From: a virus
Lineage: Duplodnaviria > Caudoviricetes
Reading direction: 5' to 3' (one strand)
IMG/VR virus record: IMGVR_UViG_3300023435_000009
Length of the DNA stretch: 64,000 bases
Both the position numbers and the translations under genes were made by a program. Below, piece after piece: positions 1 to 9,702 of this stretch. The stretch's first letter is position 1. The number at the start of each line of letters is the position of its first letter. A model generated the notes under the pieces. It was not told the DNA's origin. It did not search any database and was given only the letters and a program-made list of their open reading frames with translations.

Positions 1-2
1 TT

Positions 3-236
3 TCTACCTCTACCTTCGAGCAGTCCACCTACGCCTCCCGGTTGGTGGGTCCGCTGGTCCCTATCGTATACCAACCGAACGACGCCCTGTACTTCTCCCT
101 CCGGGGTTGGTGGACGAATGAAGACGAGGCCACCCTTTCCGGGGCTGCCTATGCTCCGAACGCCACTGCTGGCTTTGTCGCCCAGGTCCCAAAGGCGAGT
201 AATAATTTTTATATTGGGATTCAGACACTCTTGTAG
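3..236 (+). CDS. 3' end of a gene entering from the left edge (probable virion protein)
   Basis: Frame is open from position 3 (STSTFEQSTYASRLVGPLVP...) to TAG at 234-236; same strand as the following operon. Confidence 0.7.
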   Translation, partial: STSTFEQSTYASRLVGPLVPIVYQPNDALYFSLRGWWTNEDEATLSGAAYAPNATAGFVAQVPKASNNFYIGIQTLL

Positions 237-288
237 ATGGCGGGTACAGTAGAGGCGGTACCTGATCTGCCAGAAGCAGGAGGAGTTT

Positions 289-1287
289 ATGGAGATCCAA
301 TTTGTCGCTGGTGAGTTTCAGCAGTTCCGAGTGTTGCACAAGGTCCATCTGGGACAATTTTCGTTAGACATCCCCGAAGAAGCAGTGGTCGAGTTTGACG
401 GGATGACTGTCAAGTGGGGGGGCAAGGACTACGCTGTCCCAGCGTTGCGGGGGGCGATCCGAGCCGATTGGTTGGTGCCGGTGGCGGACACCACCACGAC
501 GACCTTCGCACCTAAGGCCGCAGGGGTTCAGGTCCGGCCTGCTACGACAACGGGGCGGGATAGAGGCGAAGCTTTCTCGGTCACAGCCGTAGACGAGGAT
601 GAGCAGGTCGTTGGGTCTGTCCAAGATTCGAAGGACAAGACTGAAACGGCCCGTAAGGTAGCAGCAGCGGTGGCGACACCACACAGGCCCGCAGCACCCC
701 AGTCGGTGGAGGCGTCACCTCAGGTAACCCCCGAACCTGCGCCAGCACCTGGAAAGATGCAGGTGATAGACACTGAGGATGACCAGGGCGCTGTCACCGT
801 CGCAACGATAGGTAGCCCCACAAAGTCCTCCTTCGTCTCAGGTGACGAGCATGAGGCTGCCGAAGCTCCGCGTCGTGTGGAGTCCCGTAAAGGGAACATC
901 AAGAGGGTGCCGGTGCCCAGCGCTGTCAATGCCGATGCCGAGGGTGGAACACCCATCACGGAGACCCTGGCGGGTGGTGCTACGGGAGATGTTGCTGTTG
1001 CCACCGAAGGGGATACTCTCGAAGAGCTGCTCCCCAACGCTGTCTCTACGGGAACACCCCCCGCTACCAAGCCCCCCGAGAAGGCCAAGGCGAAGAAGGT
1101 TCCGACAGAAGTTCCCCAGGTAGGCGGAGAGGACTTCAACTGGAGCAAGAAGGGTCACTGGCGTGACAGGGTACAGAGGGCGCTGGTCTACAAGGACAAC
1201 CCCGAGGCTCTTGCCGCCATCAAGGCCATTGAGATCAAGTCTGTGGTCAAGCAGCTTGGCGTAGAGTTGCGGAAGCTCTCTCGTTAG
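289..1287 (+). CDS. hypothetical protein with Pro/Ala/Thr-rich low-complexity middle
   Basis: 332-aa ORF; AGGAGGAG RBS before ATG 289. Confidence 0.8.
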   Translation: MEIQFVAGEFQQFRVLHKVHLGQFSLDIPEEAVVEFDGMTVKWGGKDYAVPALRGAIRADWLVPVADTTTTTFAPKAAGVQVRPATTTGRDRGEAFSVTAVDEDEQVVGSVQDSKDKTETARKVAAAVATPHRPAAPQSVEASPQVTPEPAPAPGKMQVIDTEDDQGAVTVATIGSPTKSSFVSGDEHEAAEAPRRVESRKGNIKRVPVPSAVNADAEGGTPITETLAGGATGDVAVATEGDTLEELLPNAVSTGTPPATKPPEKAKAKKVPTEVPQVGGEDFNWSKKGHWRDRVQRALVYKDNPEALAAIKAIEIKSVVKQLGVELRKLSR

Positions 1288-1357
1288 TTCCCAACCTTTC
1301 CCGCTAGTCAGTCTATCAGGCCACCCCCAGTAGGTACGGCTTTATCCGGGGGCATGA

Positions 1358-1756
1358 ATGAAACAGACGACAGCAAGCAGCCAAGCGGCCTGGGCACTCC
1401 TGACTGAGGGTGTGACCAACGCACGGGTAGAGGCCCATCGGTTGCAGCATCTGATAGGTCGGGCTACGGCCCTGGTAGAGGGTTCCGACGAGAAGGAGCA
1501 TCTCTACCAAGTGGCAGGGGACATTATTGTAGCCATGCCACAGAGACTCGACCAACTGCTTCGGGCACTGGACCGTACAGGGTTGGCTCTCTCCAAGATG
1601 GGTGAGGAATTCCTGAGTTCACGATTGCCGCTGTCAGACAAGACAATGGTGGAGGAGGCGGTAGCATCTGCCTTTGGGAAGGGCCAACCCCGCCACTCAG
1701 AGGCCCGACGCCTGGCCCAGAGATACCTCCAGAAGCAAGCGGAGTCCCAGGAGTGA
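1358..1756 (+). CDS. hypothetical protein with C-terminal ARRLAQRYL motif (putative head-internal protein)
   Basis: 132-aa ORF; stop overlaps next start (GTGA); function is inference. Confidence 0.7.
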   Translation: MKQTTASSQAAWALLTEGVTNARVEAHRLQHLIGRATALVEGSDEKEHLYQVAGDIIVAMPQRLDQLLRALDRTGLALSKMGEEFLSSRLPLSDKTMVEEAVASAFGKGQPRHSEARRLAQRYLQKQAESQE

Positions 1757-3843
1757 AACTGAAAGCCGACTCGTTGGTAGCAGGGTACAGGCCCCCGATG
1801 GAGGAGCTTACGGGGTGGAAGACCTTTACTCCGTCCACAGACGGCACCAGGCCGCCCGCTACGTCCCCCAAGGACCAGGCCCTGCCCTCACCCCCCAACA
1901 GTCGGAGTAAGCCCATAGGGAAGCCCTCCCTCAACGCACCACCCTCTTCTGAGGATGCACTCGATGGAAGGCCCTTGCACACGGACCGAGTTCGGACTTT
2001 GGCTATCCCAGGTGAGTACAGCCCTCATCCGAACCCTGAACCTCGGACGACGCCTGTCCGGCGACAGAATCTGGCAGCGAGAAGGAAGGTGGCTGGGGGC
2101 TATTATGATCTGAAGCCCCAAACACCTGTGTCTGAGGTTCTTAAGCGGTGGGTGGGTGATGGGGCCAAAGCCTACGATGACTCCATGCCTCAGTTCTACT
2201 CCGCTCAGGAGTTGTGGCCCTACCGTGAGTTTACCCGGAAACGGGAGACTGCTCTCAGGGGATTTGCACGTGTCCGTGGGAAGATGGTAGAGCTTCCGGG
2301 GTTTGTCAAATGGGACGTCCTCAAACAGGACATGCAGAAACGAGGGTGGGATCTTAACAGTCCGTTGCTTCTGTTTGTGGGAAGGAACGGGTCGGCCAAG
2401 ATAGGGGAAGGGAACCATCGTCTTGCGATAGCCAAGGAGTTGGGGCTTAAGCGGATCCCTGTGCGGTTCCTATTTGACCAGAGGGTGGTCAAGGAAAAGC
2501 CCCCTACAGTGTCTCCTCAGGCAGTGAAAAAGGTCGTGGAGAAAGAGGTCCAGAAGCCGCTCTCTGATAAAGACCGGGTTCAGATCGAGGGCCTCATGCA
2601 GCAGATGGAGGACATGGGAATCCTGGCTGCAATGAAGGGTCCGACTTTTCCTGGGATGAACAGGCAGCGCAAGCAGTACGGGGACGCCAAGCGTTATCAG
2701 AAGCAGTACTACCTGAAAAACCGGAACAAGATCCATCAGCGAATGACTCGTTGGTACCGAAAGTACAAGTCCAACCCGTTGTTGAAGAGGGACAAAAAAC
2801 GTCGTCAGGATTACCCCAATCGTTTCAAGAGGTTCCCTGGGGGATTCGGGTCCAACAGTGAACGAGGGAAAGACTGGCGGGAGAAGCAGAAGAAGGCAAC
2901 CTGGGAGGTCGGTGTCCCGATCTGGTATCTACCCTGGGATGAAGAGGGTCACTTGATGTCCGTGGACACTGCTACGGGGACAGTGCTGGTACGAACGCCT
3001 AGCGGGTCAGAGACCCTAACCCTTCCCGAGATGTTCGAGTCCATTGTGTTCGAGTCCGAAGAAGACATGGAGAAGGTGTTCGCTTTCCTGGACGAGGCGT
3101 TGGGGTACGCCCCCGGTGAGGACGATCCTGAGGATCCCAACCAGGAGTCGTTGATCGATCAGTGGTACTTTCCTACGGAGAAGCTGGGCTGGTTCATGGA
3201 AAAAGGTCCAGCAGATAGTTCCGTTGAGTACTACAACAGAGGTACGGACAAGAAGCCTGAGGAGCACCAACCTCTGGAGGGCTTTGAGCCGTATGACCAC
3301 CCGGTTATGGACAATCCTGGATCCGCCAAGGTGATACCCTGGAACTCTGATCTGGTCAACAATAAGGCTGCTGCTCGTATCGCTGAGATTCAGGAGGGGT
3401 GTTCCACAAAGCTAATGGAACAGGCCAAGGGTTTGATCCCCCAGAGAGTTCGGTACAGCCCCCGGAACAAGATGTGGTTGTTCGACGTGCCTGGCTCGAA
3501 GGGGGCTTACCGAGTCCGTGTGAAGGTGTTGCCCAAAGGGAACACCACGACCGTCTCCAAGATGGATGTTTTAGTTTCGTGTTCCTGTCCGTATTGGCGG
3601 TGGCAGGGTCCTGAGCACTGGGCGAAGGTAAATGATTACTTGTATGGACGCTCCCAAGGGACAGCAGCCAAACCTTCGATGAAGGATCCTGATGGTACGC
3701 ACAGAGCCTGTAAGCACGTACTTGCTTGTTTTGAAGCAATGAAGAATTATGCGTTAATTAAGCGGCGTAACAAAAAAACAGCGGCAAGGGCCACAGCCAT
3801 TGCCCATCGGTATTTGGGACAGGCAAACTGGAGGCAGTGTTGA
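1753..3843 (+). CDS. multidomain protein with ParB/Srx-like domain and C-terminal SWIM-type zinc finger
   Basis: IGEGNHRLAIAKELGLKRIPV resembles the ParB-N DGxHR motif; SCSCPYW...RACKHVLA fits the SWIM CxC...CxH pattern. Confidence 0.7.
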   Translation: MKLKADSLVAGYRPPMEELTGWKTFTPSTDGTRPPATSPKDQALPSPPNSRSKPIGKPSLNAPPSSEDALDGRPLHTDRVRTLAIPGEYSPHPNPEPRTTPVRRQNLAARRKVAGGYYDLKPQTPVSEVLKRWVGDGAKAYDDSMPQFYSAQELWPYREFTRKRETALRGFARVRGKMVELPGFVKWDVLKQDMQKRGWDLNSPLLLFVGRNGSAKIGEGNHRLAIAKELGLKRIPVRFLFDQRVVKEKPPTVSPQAVKKVVEKEVQKPLSDKDRVQIEGLMQQMEDMGILAAMKGPTFPGMNRQRKQYGDAKRYQKQYYLKNRNKIHQRMTRWYRKYKSNPLLKRDKKRRQDYPNRFKRFPGGFGSNSERGKDWREKQKKATWEVGVPIWYLPWDEEGHLMSVDTATGTVLVRTPSGSETLTLPEMFESIVFESEEDMEKVFAFLDEALGYAPGEDDPEDPNQESLIDQWYFPTEKLGWFMEKGPADSSVEYYNRGTDKKPEEHQPLEGFEPYDHPVMDNPGSAKVIPWNSDLVNNKAAARIAEIQEGCSTKLMEQAKGLIPQRVRYSPRNKMWLFDVPGSKGAYRVRVKVLPKGNTTTVSKMDVLVSCSCPYWRWQGPEHWAKVNDYLYGRSQGTAAKPSMKDPDGTHRACKHVLACFEAMKNYALIKRRNKKTAARATAIAHRYLGQANWRQC

Positions 3844-4595
3844 GAGAGAATCGACTCATACTTCAGTGTCCAAGGTGCAGAAAATTCTTCCCACGTAAAG
3901 CAAGTATTGTTCGGGAACTGCGCAAGCGCAACCCACAGGTTCAAATGTGCTGCGGAACTCAGTGTGCAAGTAGCTTGAAACGACGGGTGGTGAAGATAGA
4001 GGACAGGAAGATTTTTGAGTATCTTATTGGGGTGGTGTTGGGTGACGGGCATGTGGGTGATAGAGCCGTTCGGGTTGCTGTCGGATTACAGGATGAGGAA
4101 TATGTTGAAGTCCTGAGTTCACTGTTCCAATTGGGGGTAGGTACAGCACCTACGATTCAAAGAAATGTAATGGCTCGTTCATATCAGGTTGTGTTGTGTT
4201 TCTTGGCGGGGGCAGAGTTGTTCCAACCCTATAAGTATTTAGGGGGCTGTGAGTGGTCATTAAAAGGGATCAAACATCCTGGGTTTGTTTTGGGTGGGCT
4301 CTGCGATACGGACGGTGGTTGGGAAATCAAGAAAGGACGCCGGATTGCCTTCACCATAACCCAAAAGGATAACGGAAATTTGGAACGAACTCTTCCCCTT
4401 TGGAAGAGTCTCGGGATAATTGTCACTTTGCGTCATTATGCTGTTGACCGAGCGGTGTTGAGAGTGCCCTCAACATCCCAGGAACGATTCCAGAAAAAGG
4501 TGATGTTATTTCATCCCCGGAAAAAGTTCGCTACTCCTGATTGGTATCCTGTACGTGCAGGGGAAAAAAGGAGCAGTCAAAATGCCGACCTATGA
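3837..4595 (+). CDS. LAGLIDADG homing endonuclease (two motifs) with N-terminal Cys cluster
   Basis: YLIGVVLGDG and FVLGGLCDTDG motifs; AT-richer than flanks; GGAGG RBS (start GTG 3837 or TTG 3840). Confidence 0.85.
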   Translation: MLRENRLILQCPRCRKFFPRKASIVRELRKRNPQVQMCCGTQCASSLKRRVVKIEDRKIFEYLIGVVLGDGHVGDRAVRVAVGLQDEEYVEVLSSLFQLGVGTAPTIQRNVMARSYQVVLCFLAGAELFQPYKYLGGCEWSLKGIKHPGFVLGGLCDTDGGWEIKKGRRIAFTITQKDNGNLERTLPLWKSLGIIVTLRHYAVDRAVLRVPSTSQERFQKKVMLFHPRKKFATPDWYPVRAGEKRSSQNADL

Positions 4596-4959
4596 GTTCC
4601 AGTGTAAGTCGTGCGAAGCGGGGTTCGAGAAGATCCTCCGCCTCTCAGAATACAACGATCCACAGGTGTGCCCTGAGTGCAAGAGCACCGATACCCAAAG
4701 GATTGTTTCAGCATGTGCCTTCGTTCTTGTGGGGGATGGGTGGCCCAGCAAGGATCTCCGTTGCAAGGGCCAGATGACCCGTAAAAACGCCCGGATGGGC
4801 AAAAAGATGAAGGACCATGTCTCCCCCGGCGAGACCCTGGCCCCCAATGTAAACGGGGAAGAGACCAAGTCCTGGGCTGATGCCCAGAAGTTGGCAAAAG
4901 ACAAGGGTAAGAATGCTGCCAGCTACGAACCGATGGTTCAAAAGGAAAAACGAGGTTGA
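4582..4959 (+). CDS. FmdB-family zinc-ribbon protein
   Basis: MPTYEFQCKSC...FE...CPEC; ATG 4582 follows AAGGAG. Confidence 0.85.
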   Translation: MPTYEFQCKSCEAGFEKILRLSEYNDPQVCPECKSTDTQRIVSACAFVLVGDGWPSKDLRCKGQMTRKNARMGKKMKDHVSPGETLAPNVNGEETKSWADAQKLAKDKGKNAASYEPMVQKEKRG

Positions 4960-4967
4960 AGTGTTGC

Positions 4968-4995
4968 TTGATACTTAGGCAATCGCAGTTATACT
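4968..4995 (+). promoter_or_regulatory. sigma70-like promoter upstream of tnpB #1
   Basis: TTGATA (4968-73) - N16 - TATACT (4990-95). Confidence 0.6.
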
Positions 4996-5065
4996 AGTCC
5001 TTATGAGCAGGGCTTGCACCATAGGGTGGTTTGCTACGTGCATCAGAAAATAAGGAGTTAGGATT

Positions 5066-6457
5066 TTGAGAGTCACCCGCATTCTTCAGGCAGATGTCCC
5101 ACCCACCTTGTTGCAGATATGTAAGGTTACAGGGTTTCTTCGTGCAGACATCTGGCGCAGATATGGCGCTCTGAAGAATGTAAGTAAAAGTGCGTTGGAC
5201 ATCCGTAAGGAAATCGTAGCAGGTGGTTTTTACGCCTCTCTCGACGTAGACGGAACCATACGTAATGAAACGACCAAAGACGTCGTGAACGACATCCTAC
5301 TCTATAAAGCAGCGGCAAAGGGAAAGGTTCGCAAAGCAATTGCGCTGCGAACTGACGACAAGACAGAACGTAAACGACTCTACACACTCTTGAAGTCCGA
5401 TAAATGGCTGGAGGATTCCTTTCTCCATCGTCAAATGCGTAAGCATTTCAAGCACGGTGTCTCACACACGAAAAATCAGTTTGTCGTGAGATCCGACCAA
5501 TTCAAAATAAAACACGTTGCTGGTTACCTAACTATCACTATTCGAATCGCTCGTAAATATGGTGACAATATAGTTCTGACGACAACTTCAAATGGTACAA
5601 ACGTAGACCTGAGTGGTTGTAACCTTCGTGTTATTGTGAAGGATGATGTAACTGAAATCCATTACAGTATGGACAAGGGTGAGGGACGTACGCACGGTAG
5701 CCAGACGTTGGGCGTTGATAAGGGCTATACCGAAGCATTCGTTGATTCGGATGGTGAACATCATGGTGAGCAGTTCGGTGCTGTGATGACTGAGTACAGC
5801 GATAAGGTCAGTAAGACTGGTTCAGCTAGGAACAAGTTACATGCTCTGGAGAAAAAACACCGTCAGGGTGGAAACCTCAAAAAAGCTGACAACATCAGGA
5901 CTCACAATCTTGGGCGTAAAAAGATTGATGCCCGCAGGCAACTAGCTCAAACACAACTACGAGGTATTGCCTTCAAGGCTACCCATACCATTGTGGATAA
6001 GGCAGCAGTAGTTGTATCAGAGGATCTAACCTCTCCGATCGCAAAAAAACGACCTTGGAAAAGGTTTAATAGAAGAATGAGTGGCTGGGCAAAGGGAGCA
6101 CTTGCTGAGGCCCTCGATTCGGTTTGTACGCAGCGTGAGGCCAGTCACGAACTGGTCAACTGTGCCTACACATCGCAGATGGACTCTGTAACAGGTTTGC
6201 TGCAAGGTAAACGTGTTGGGGACAAGTTTCACCGTATTAACGGGGATGTTATTCAGGCCGATCACAATGCTGCATTGAACGTGTTAGTCCGGTTGTCTGA
6301 CAAGGACATCGGGCGTTTCACCTCCTATCAAGAGGTGAGGCGCATCTTGTTGGCACGTTCTCCGGCGGAACTGACCGTCAAGAGGCACGAGTTGCAGTCG
6401 AAAGGCTATCAACCGTGTGCGGATAAACCCTCACGATCAGAAGTGATCAACTTCTAA
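5066..6457 (+). CDS. tnpB: IS200/IS605-family TnpB-like RNA-guided nuclease, no adjacent transposase
   Basis: RuvC-I LGVDKG, RuvC-II VVSEDL, VNCAYTSQ, RuvC-III QADHNAALN; TTG start after AAGGAG. Confidence 0.85.
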   Translation: MRVTRILQADVPPTLLQICKVTGFLRADIWRRYGALKNVSKSALDIRKEIVAGGFYASLDVDGTIRNETTKDVVNDILLYKAAAKGKVRKAIALRTDDKTERKRLYTLLKSDKWLEDSFLHRQMRKHFKHGVSHTKNQFVVRSDQFKIKHVAGYLTITIRIARKYGDNIVLTTTSNGTNVDLSGCNLRVIVKDDVTEIHYSMDKGEGRTHGSQTLGVDKGYTEAFVDSDGEHHGEQFGAVMTEYSDKVSKTGSARNKLHALEKKHRQGGNLKKADNIRTHNLGRKKIDARRQLAQTQLRGIAFKATHTIVDKAAVVVSEDLTSPIAKKRPWKRFNRRMSGWAKGALAEALDSVCTQREASHELVNCAYTSQMDSVTGLLQGKRVGDKFHRINGDVIQADHNAALNVLVRLSDKDIGRFTSYQEVRRILLARSPAELTVKRHELQSKGYQPCADKPSRSEVINF

Positions 6458-6471
6458 GGGACAGGTAACTC

Positions 6472-7272
6472 ATGAGCGACACATTTGGCCCCTTCAACGT
6501 TCGCCCCGGTGTGCTGCAACGCTCTACCAACTTTCAGGATCTGGTGTTGCGTCACCGTGAAGGGACAACGGCGTATCGCCTTTGGGTGTCCGACTCGATT
6601 GAGAACGCCTATGGGACGTTGGCCAACTCAGGTCTCGCTGGTACTGGCGGCACAATGATGCTGGAGGTTGCCAAGGGAAGCTTGGGGATGACCGCTGGAC
6701 CTCGTGTGCGTGGTTGGCGTGTAGAGGAGAGCAGGAGGGGGCAGACCAGCTTTTTGGTAGATCCCAGGGATGTGCCTCTTTCCGATAACGTGGTGGTTTA
6801 CCATCGGGTGCAGGAGCAGCGGATGGGCAACTGGCTCGCCGTGCCTGCTGGTGCTATTCTCAACCCCAATAACCCTATTGGGGGACCAACTCTTGTTGTG
6901 CCTCCTGCTCCCTTTTTTGCAGCCTCCGCCAGTGTCCTGAGTCTTCAGTCCCTGGCCCCATTGATGACGGGTTGTGCCGGGGGGGTTCTCCCAGTCGTGG
7001 ACGAGACACTCCAGACGCCTACACCGATGCATCTGGTGTTCCCCCGTCCGGCGAGCACCATTATCGTCCGGAACCTCTCTGTGGGGGACACATTGTTGGT
7101 CTCCTTCAGTTTGGGGATGCCTATGATCGAGGTGGCTCCTGGTGAAGCTACAATCCCCACGGGTGGTGGTTATGCCCTCCCCGGAGTCCGGGAAATTGTG
7201 GTTGCTTCGTGGGTGCAGGGGCAAGATGCCGTCCCCTTCTCCGTAGAAGCTACGATTGGAATGCAAGTTTAA
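6472..7272 (+). CDS. hypothetical protein (probable virion structural protein)
   Basis: 266-aa ORF in the structural cluster; no recognised motif. Confidence 0.7.
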   Translation: MSDTFGPFNVRPGVLQRSTNFQDLVLRHREGTTAYRLWVSDSIENAYGTLANSGLAGTGGTMMLEVAKGSLGMTAGPRVRGWRVEESRRGQTSFLVDPRDVPLSDNVVVYHRVQEQRMGNWLAVPAGAILNPNNPIGGPTLVVPPAPFFAASASVLSLQSLAPLMTGCAGGVLPVVDETLQTPTPMHLVFPRPASTIIVRNLSVGDTLLVSFSLGMPMIEVAPGEATIPTGGGYALPGVREIVVASWVQGQDAVPFSVEATIGMQV

Positions 7273-7365
7273 CTCCCACTCAGATCGGCCTGAATAGATC
7301 CCTTATAACTGCCGCTGGATGACTGACTAGGGTGCCCCGGTGCCCACAACGTATAGAGGTGTAAG

Positions 7366-9690
7366 ATGCCGTACATCTGTCTCGCCCGAGATGATATCCC
7401 CAACGGTGTGGTTCAGGTTCTGGATCTTCAGCCCAACGCTTCCCAGCCCCCTCCGGGCACCCCTACGGCACAGTCACGTTACGTCAATCGGCCCTTGGCG
7501 GCTCCGGTGTCCGTGACTGCTGCCGGTGGTCTGGCTGCGGACGGTTTTGGCCTCGCAGCTTATTTGATGGACCGGGTTGAGCCTGGTGGTTTGGAGGTGG
7601 CTGCGGCTACCCTAACGGCAACCAGTCCTCTCCACGGGGACACAGTCACGGTGGCGGGCGTCGCTTTGACGGCCATCGCCAACTTAGCAACCGGAACCGC
7701 TCAGATGGTGGGTCCGACTGCTGCTGACACGGTCACGGTGGGAGTTACACCCTTCACCTGTGTGGAAGCCGTCGCAACCGGAACCGCTCAGATGGTGGAT
7801 CCGGTGGATGCCGACACCATCGACATCAAGACGGTCCCCTTCCTTTGTGTCGAGAACTACGCCGTTGGGACAGCGACGGTTGGCGGTGCAACTGCCGCTG
7901 GTGATACTCTTGTTATCAAGGGCGTCATCTTCACAGCGGTCAACCCTGGTCCCGGTGTTCCTGCCAACCAGACGTTCACCGATGTGGCTGGCTCAGGTAG
8001 TGCCATCCTCACGGCTGACTCTCTGGTGGCGACGATTAACGATCCTGCATCTCAGGTCCTGATTTTGGCTGCGGCTCCGGCGGGGATCACGGGAGTCGTT
8101 GCTGACAATGTCGGGGGTACCTCCGCAGTTGTCACCCTCACGGCGGATCACCTGGGTCTCCAGGGGGAACTCAGCCTGGTCCAGACTGGTGGAAACATCG
8201 TTGTGTCTGGGGCAGCGATGGTTGCTGTGGTTCCGGATCCCGCTGTTCAAGAGTTCGCTGGACTCCTCCAGGCGGTCGGTGGGACCAACATCGCAGTGGC
8301 CACCTCCTTGGCCCTGGCCGTCAACGACCCCGCTTCCCAGGCGCTTATCCTTGCGGCTGTCGCTCCCGCTGGTGGTGCCGTGTGTGCCGCAGCGACAGGT
8401 GGAACGGATACAGTGACCCTCACGGCGGATCTTCCCGGAGCACAGGGCGACTTTGCACTGGCTGAGAGCACCGCTGGAGCACGGGTGACCATTTCTGGTG
8501 CTGCCTTGGTCCATGTGGACGCTGACCCGGCGACTCAGGAGTTCAATTCACTTGCCCACTACGCCCCAGCGGGAACCAACGTAGCTGTGGCCACAAGCCT
8601 CGTGCTGGCCCTCAACGACGTAGCGAATCCTGAACCAGTGGGCGCTGACAACGCTGGAGGCACCCTCGACACCGTCACAATCACGGCGGGCAACAGGGGC
8701 CTGGTTGGGGAACTGGCGTTGGCAGAGAGTACCGTTGGAGCACGGGTGACCATCTCTGGTGCGACCCTGGTAGCGATCCTGCCGGTAGCGGCGACCCAGG
8801 AGTTTGCAGCTCTGGCGGCGGTAGCGAACAACGACGCTGTCGCCACCTCCTTCCGTACCACCCTCGTGGACGGAGCTACCATTGCCCTCATGCAGATCGT
8901 GACAGGTGGTCCTTATGTATCGGCGGTAGCGCCGGGTGCGGCAATCGTTACTATGACAGCACTGGATGCTTTGGCGGCGGCGCTCATCGGTCCCACCGGG
9001 AACATGCAGTTCATCACCTCCAACGATACACGGCTGGTGCAGGATGCGGTGGCAGCGGTGACGAGCACTCTGAACCGTGCTCACCAGACCTGGACGGGGG
9101 CCTTCCAGGTTGCCACGGCGGCAGCCCTCCAGGCACGAGTGGACGCTGGGACAGCAATGGCGCTGGCGGATCTCGATACGGTTCTGCTGGCTCAGGGTGG
9201 TGGCGAACTGACGGTACTCGGTGGAAGCAATTCGACCGGCACGGTGGTGGACGTCCTGTCCATCCTGGCGGGTCGGGGCTACAGGGCACCCACCAACAAC
9301 GATCAGACGGGAGCCGTCAACATCTACATGACGGGAGCCGCCACATGGAACCCGGTCACGCTTGGTGGGTTCACCGAACTGGTCCGGGAGTTCAGCGCCA
9401 ACTGGGGTCACGGAGAGATCCGTTCCATGGCCATCGGTGGTGACTGGGTGGCTCGGGAGATCACCCCAATCCGTCACACGGTGGACACGGATGCCCTTCA
9501 GATCTCACTGGCACATGGTACTCTGGCTGTGTTTGGAGCGGTTGCTGGACAGCCTCCGGTCACGCTCTGGCCGGACAGTGACTTCCAGCCCTTCTACCCC
9601 TGGACCTATCAGAAGACCCTGGGGTTCCCTACGGTCAACAACGCCCGGCTTTTGACCATTTATGATGACACAGGCGCTGTCCTGGCATAA
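7366..9690 (+). CDS. Ala/Gly/Thr/Val-rich virion protein, paralog 1, with four nested repeat domains
   Basis: 774 aa; shares YIxLxRxDI...LDLQPN N-terminus and YDxTGAV C-terminus with the next two genes; GAGGT RBS. Confidence 0.8.
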   Translation: MPYICLARDDIPNGVVQVLDLQPNASQPPPGTPTAQSRYVNRPLAAPVSVTAAGGLAADGFGLAAYLMDRVEPGGLEVAAATLTATSPLHGDTVTVAGVALTAIANLATGTAQMVGPTAADTVTVGVTPFTCVEAVATGTAQMVDPVDADTIDIKTVPFLCVENYAVGTATVGGATAAGDTLVIKGVIFTAVNPGPGVPANQTFTDVAGSGSAILTADSLVATINDPASQVLILAAAPAGITGVVADNVGGTSAVVTLTADHLGLQGELSLVQTGGNIVVSGAAMVAVVPDPAVQEFAGLLQAVGGTNIAVATSLALAVNDPASQALILAAVAPAGGAVCAAATGGTDTVTLTADLPGAQGDFALAESTAGARVTISGAALVHVDADPATQEFNSLAHYAPAGTNVAVATSLVLALNDVANPEPVGADNAGGTLDTVTITAGNRGLVGELALAESTVGARVTISGATLVAILPVAATQEFAALAAVANNDAVATSFRTTLVDGATIALMQIVTGGPYVSAVAPGAAIVTMTALDALAAALIGPTGNMQFITSNDTRLVQDAVAAVTSTLNRAHQTWTGAFQVATAAALQARVDAGTAMALADLDTVLLAQGGGELTVLGGSNSTGTVVDVLSILAGRGYRAPTNNDQTGAVNIYMTGAATWNPVTLGGFTELVREFSANWGHGEIRSMAIGGDWVAREITPIRHTVDTDALQISLAHGTLAVFGAVAGQPPVTLWPDSDFQPFYPWTYQKTLGFPTVNNARLLTIYDDTGAVLA

Positions 9691-9702
9691 CGGAGGATCC
9701 TA

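Noticed and set aside
3837-4595. Group I intron or intein hosting the LAGLIDADG gene
   Set aside because: The gene overlaps both neighbouring genes, leaving no room for intron core elements, and it has no intein splice-junction motifs.
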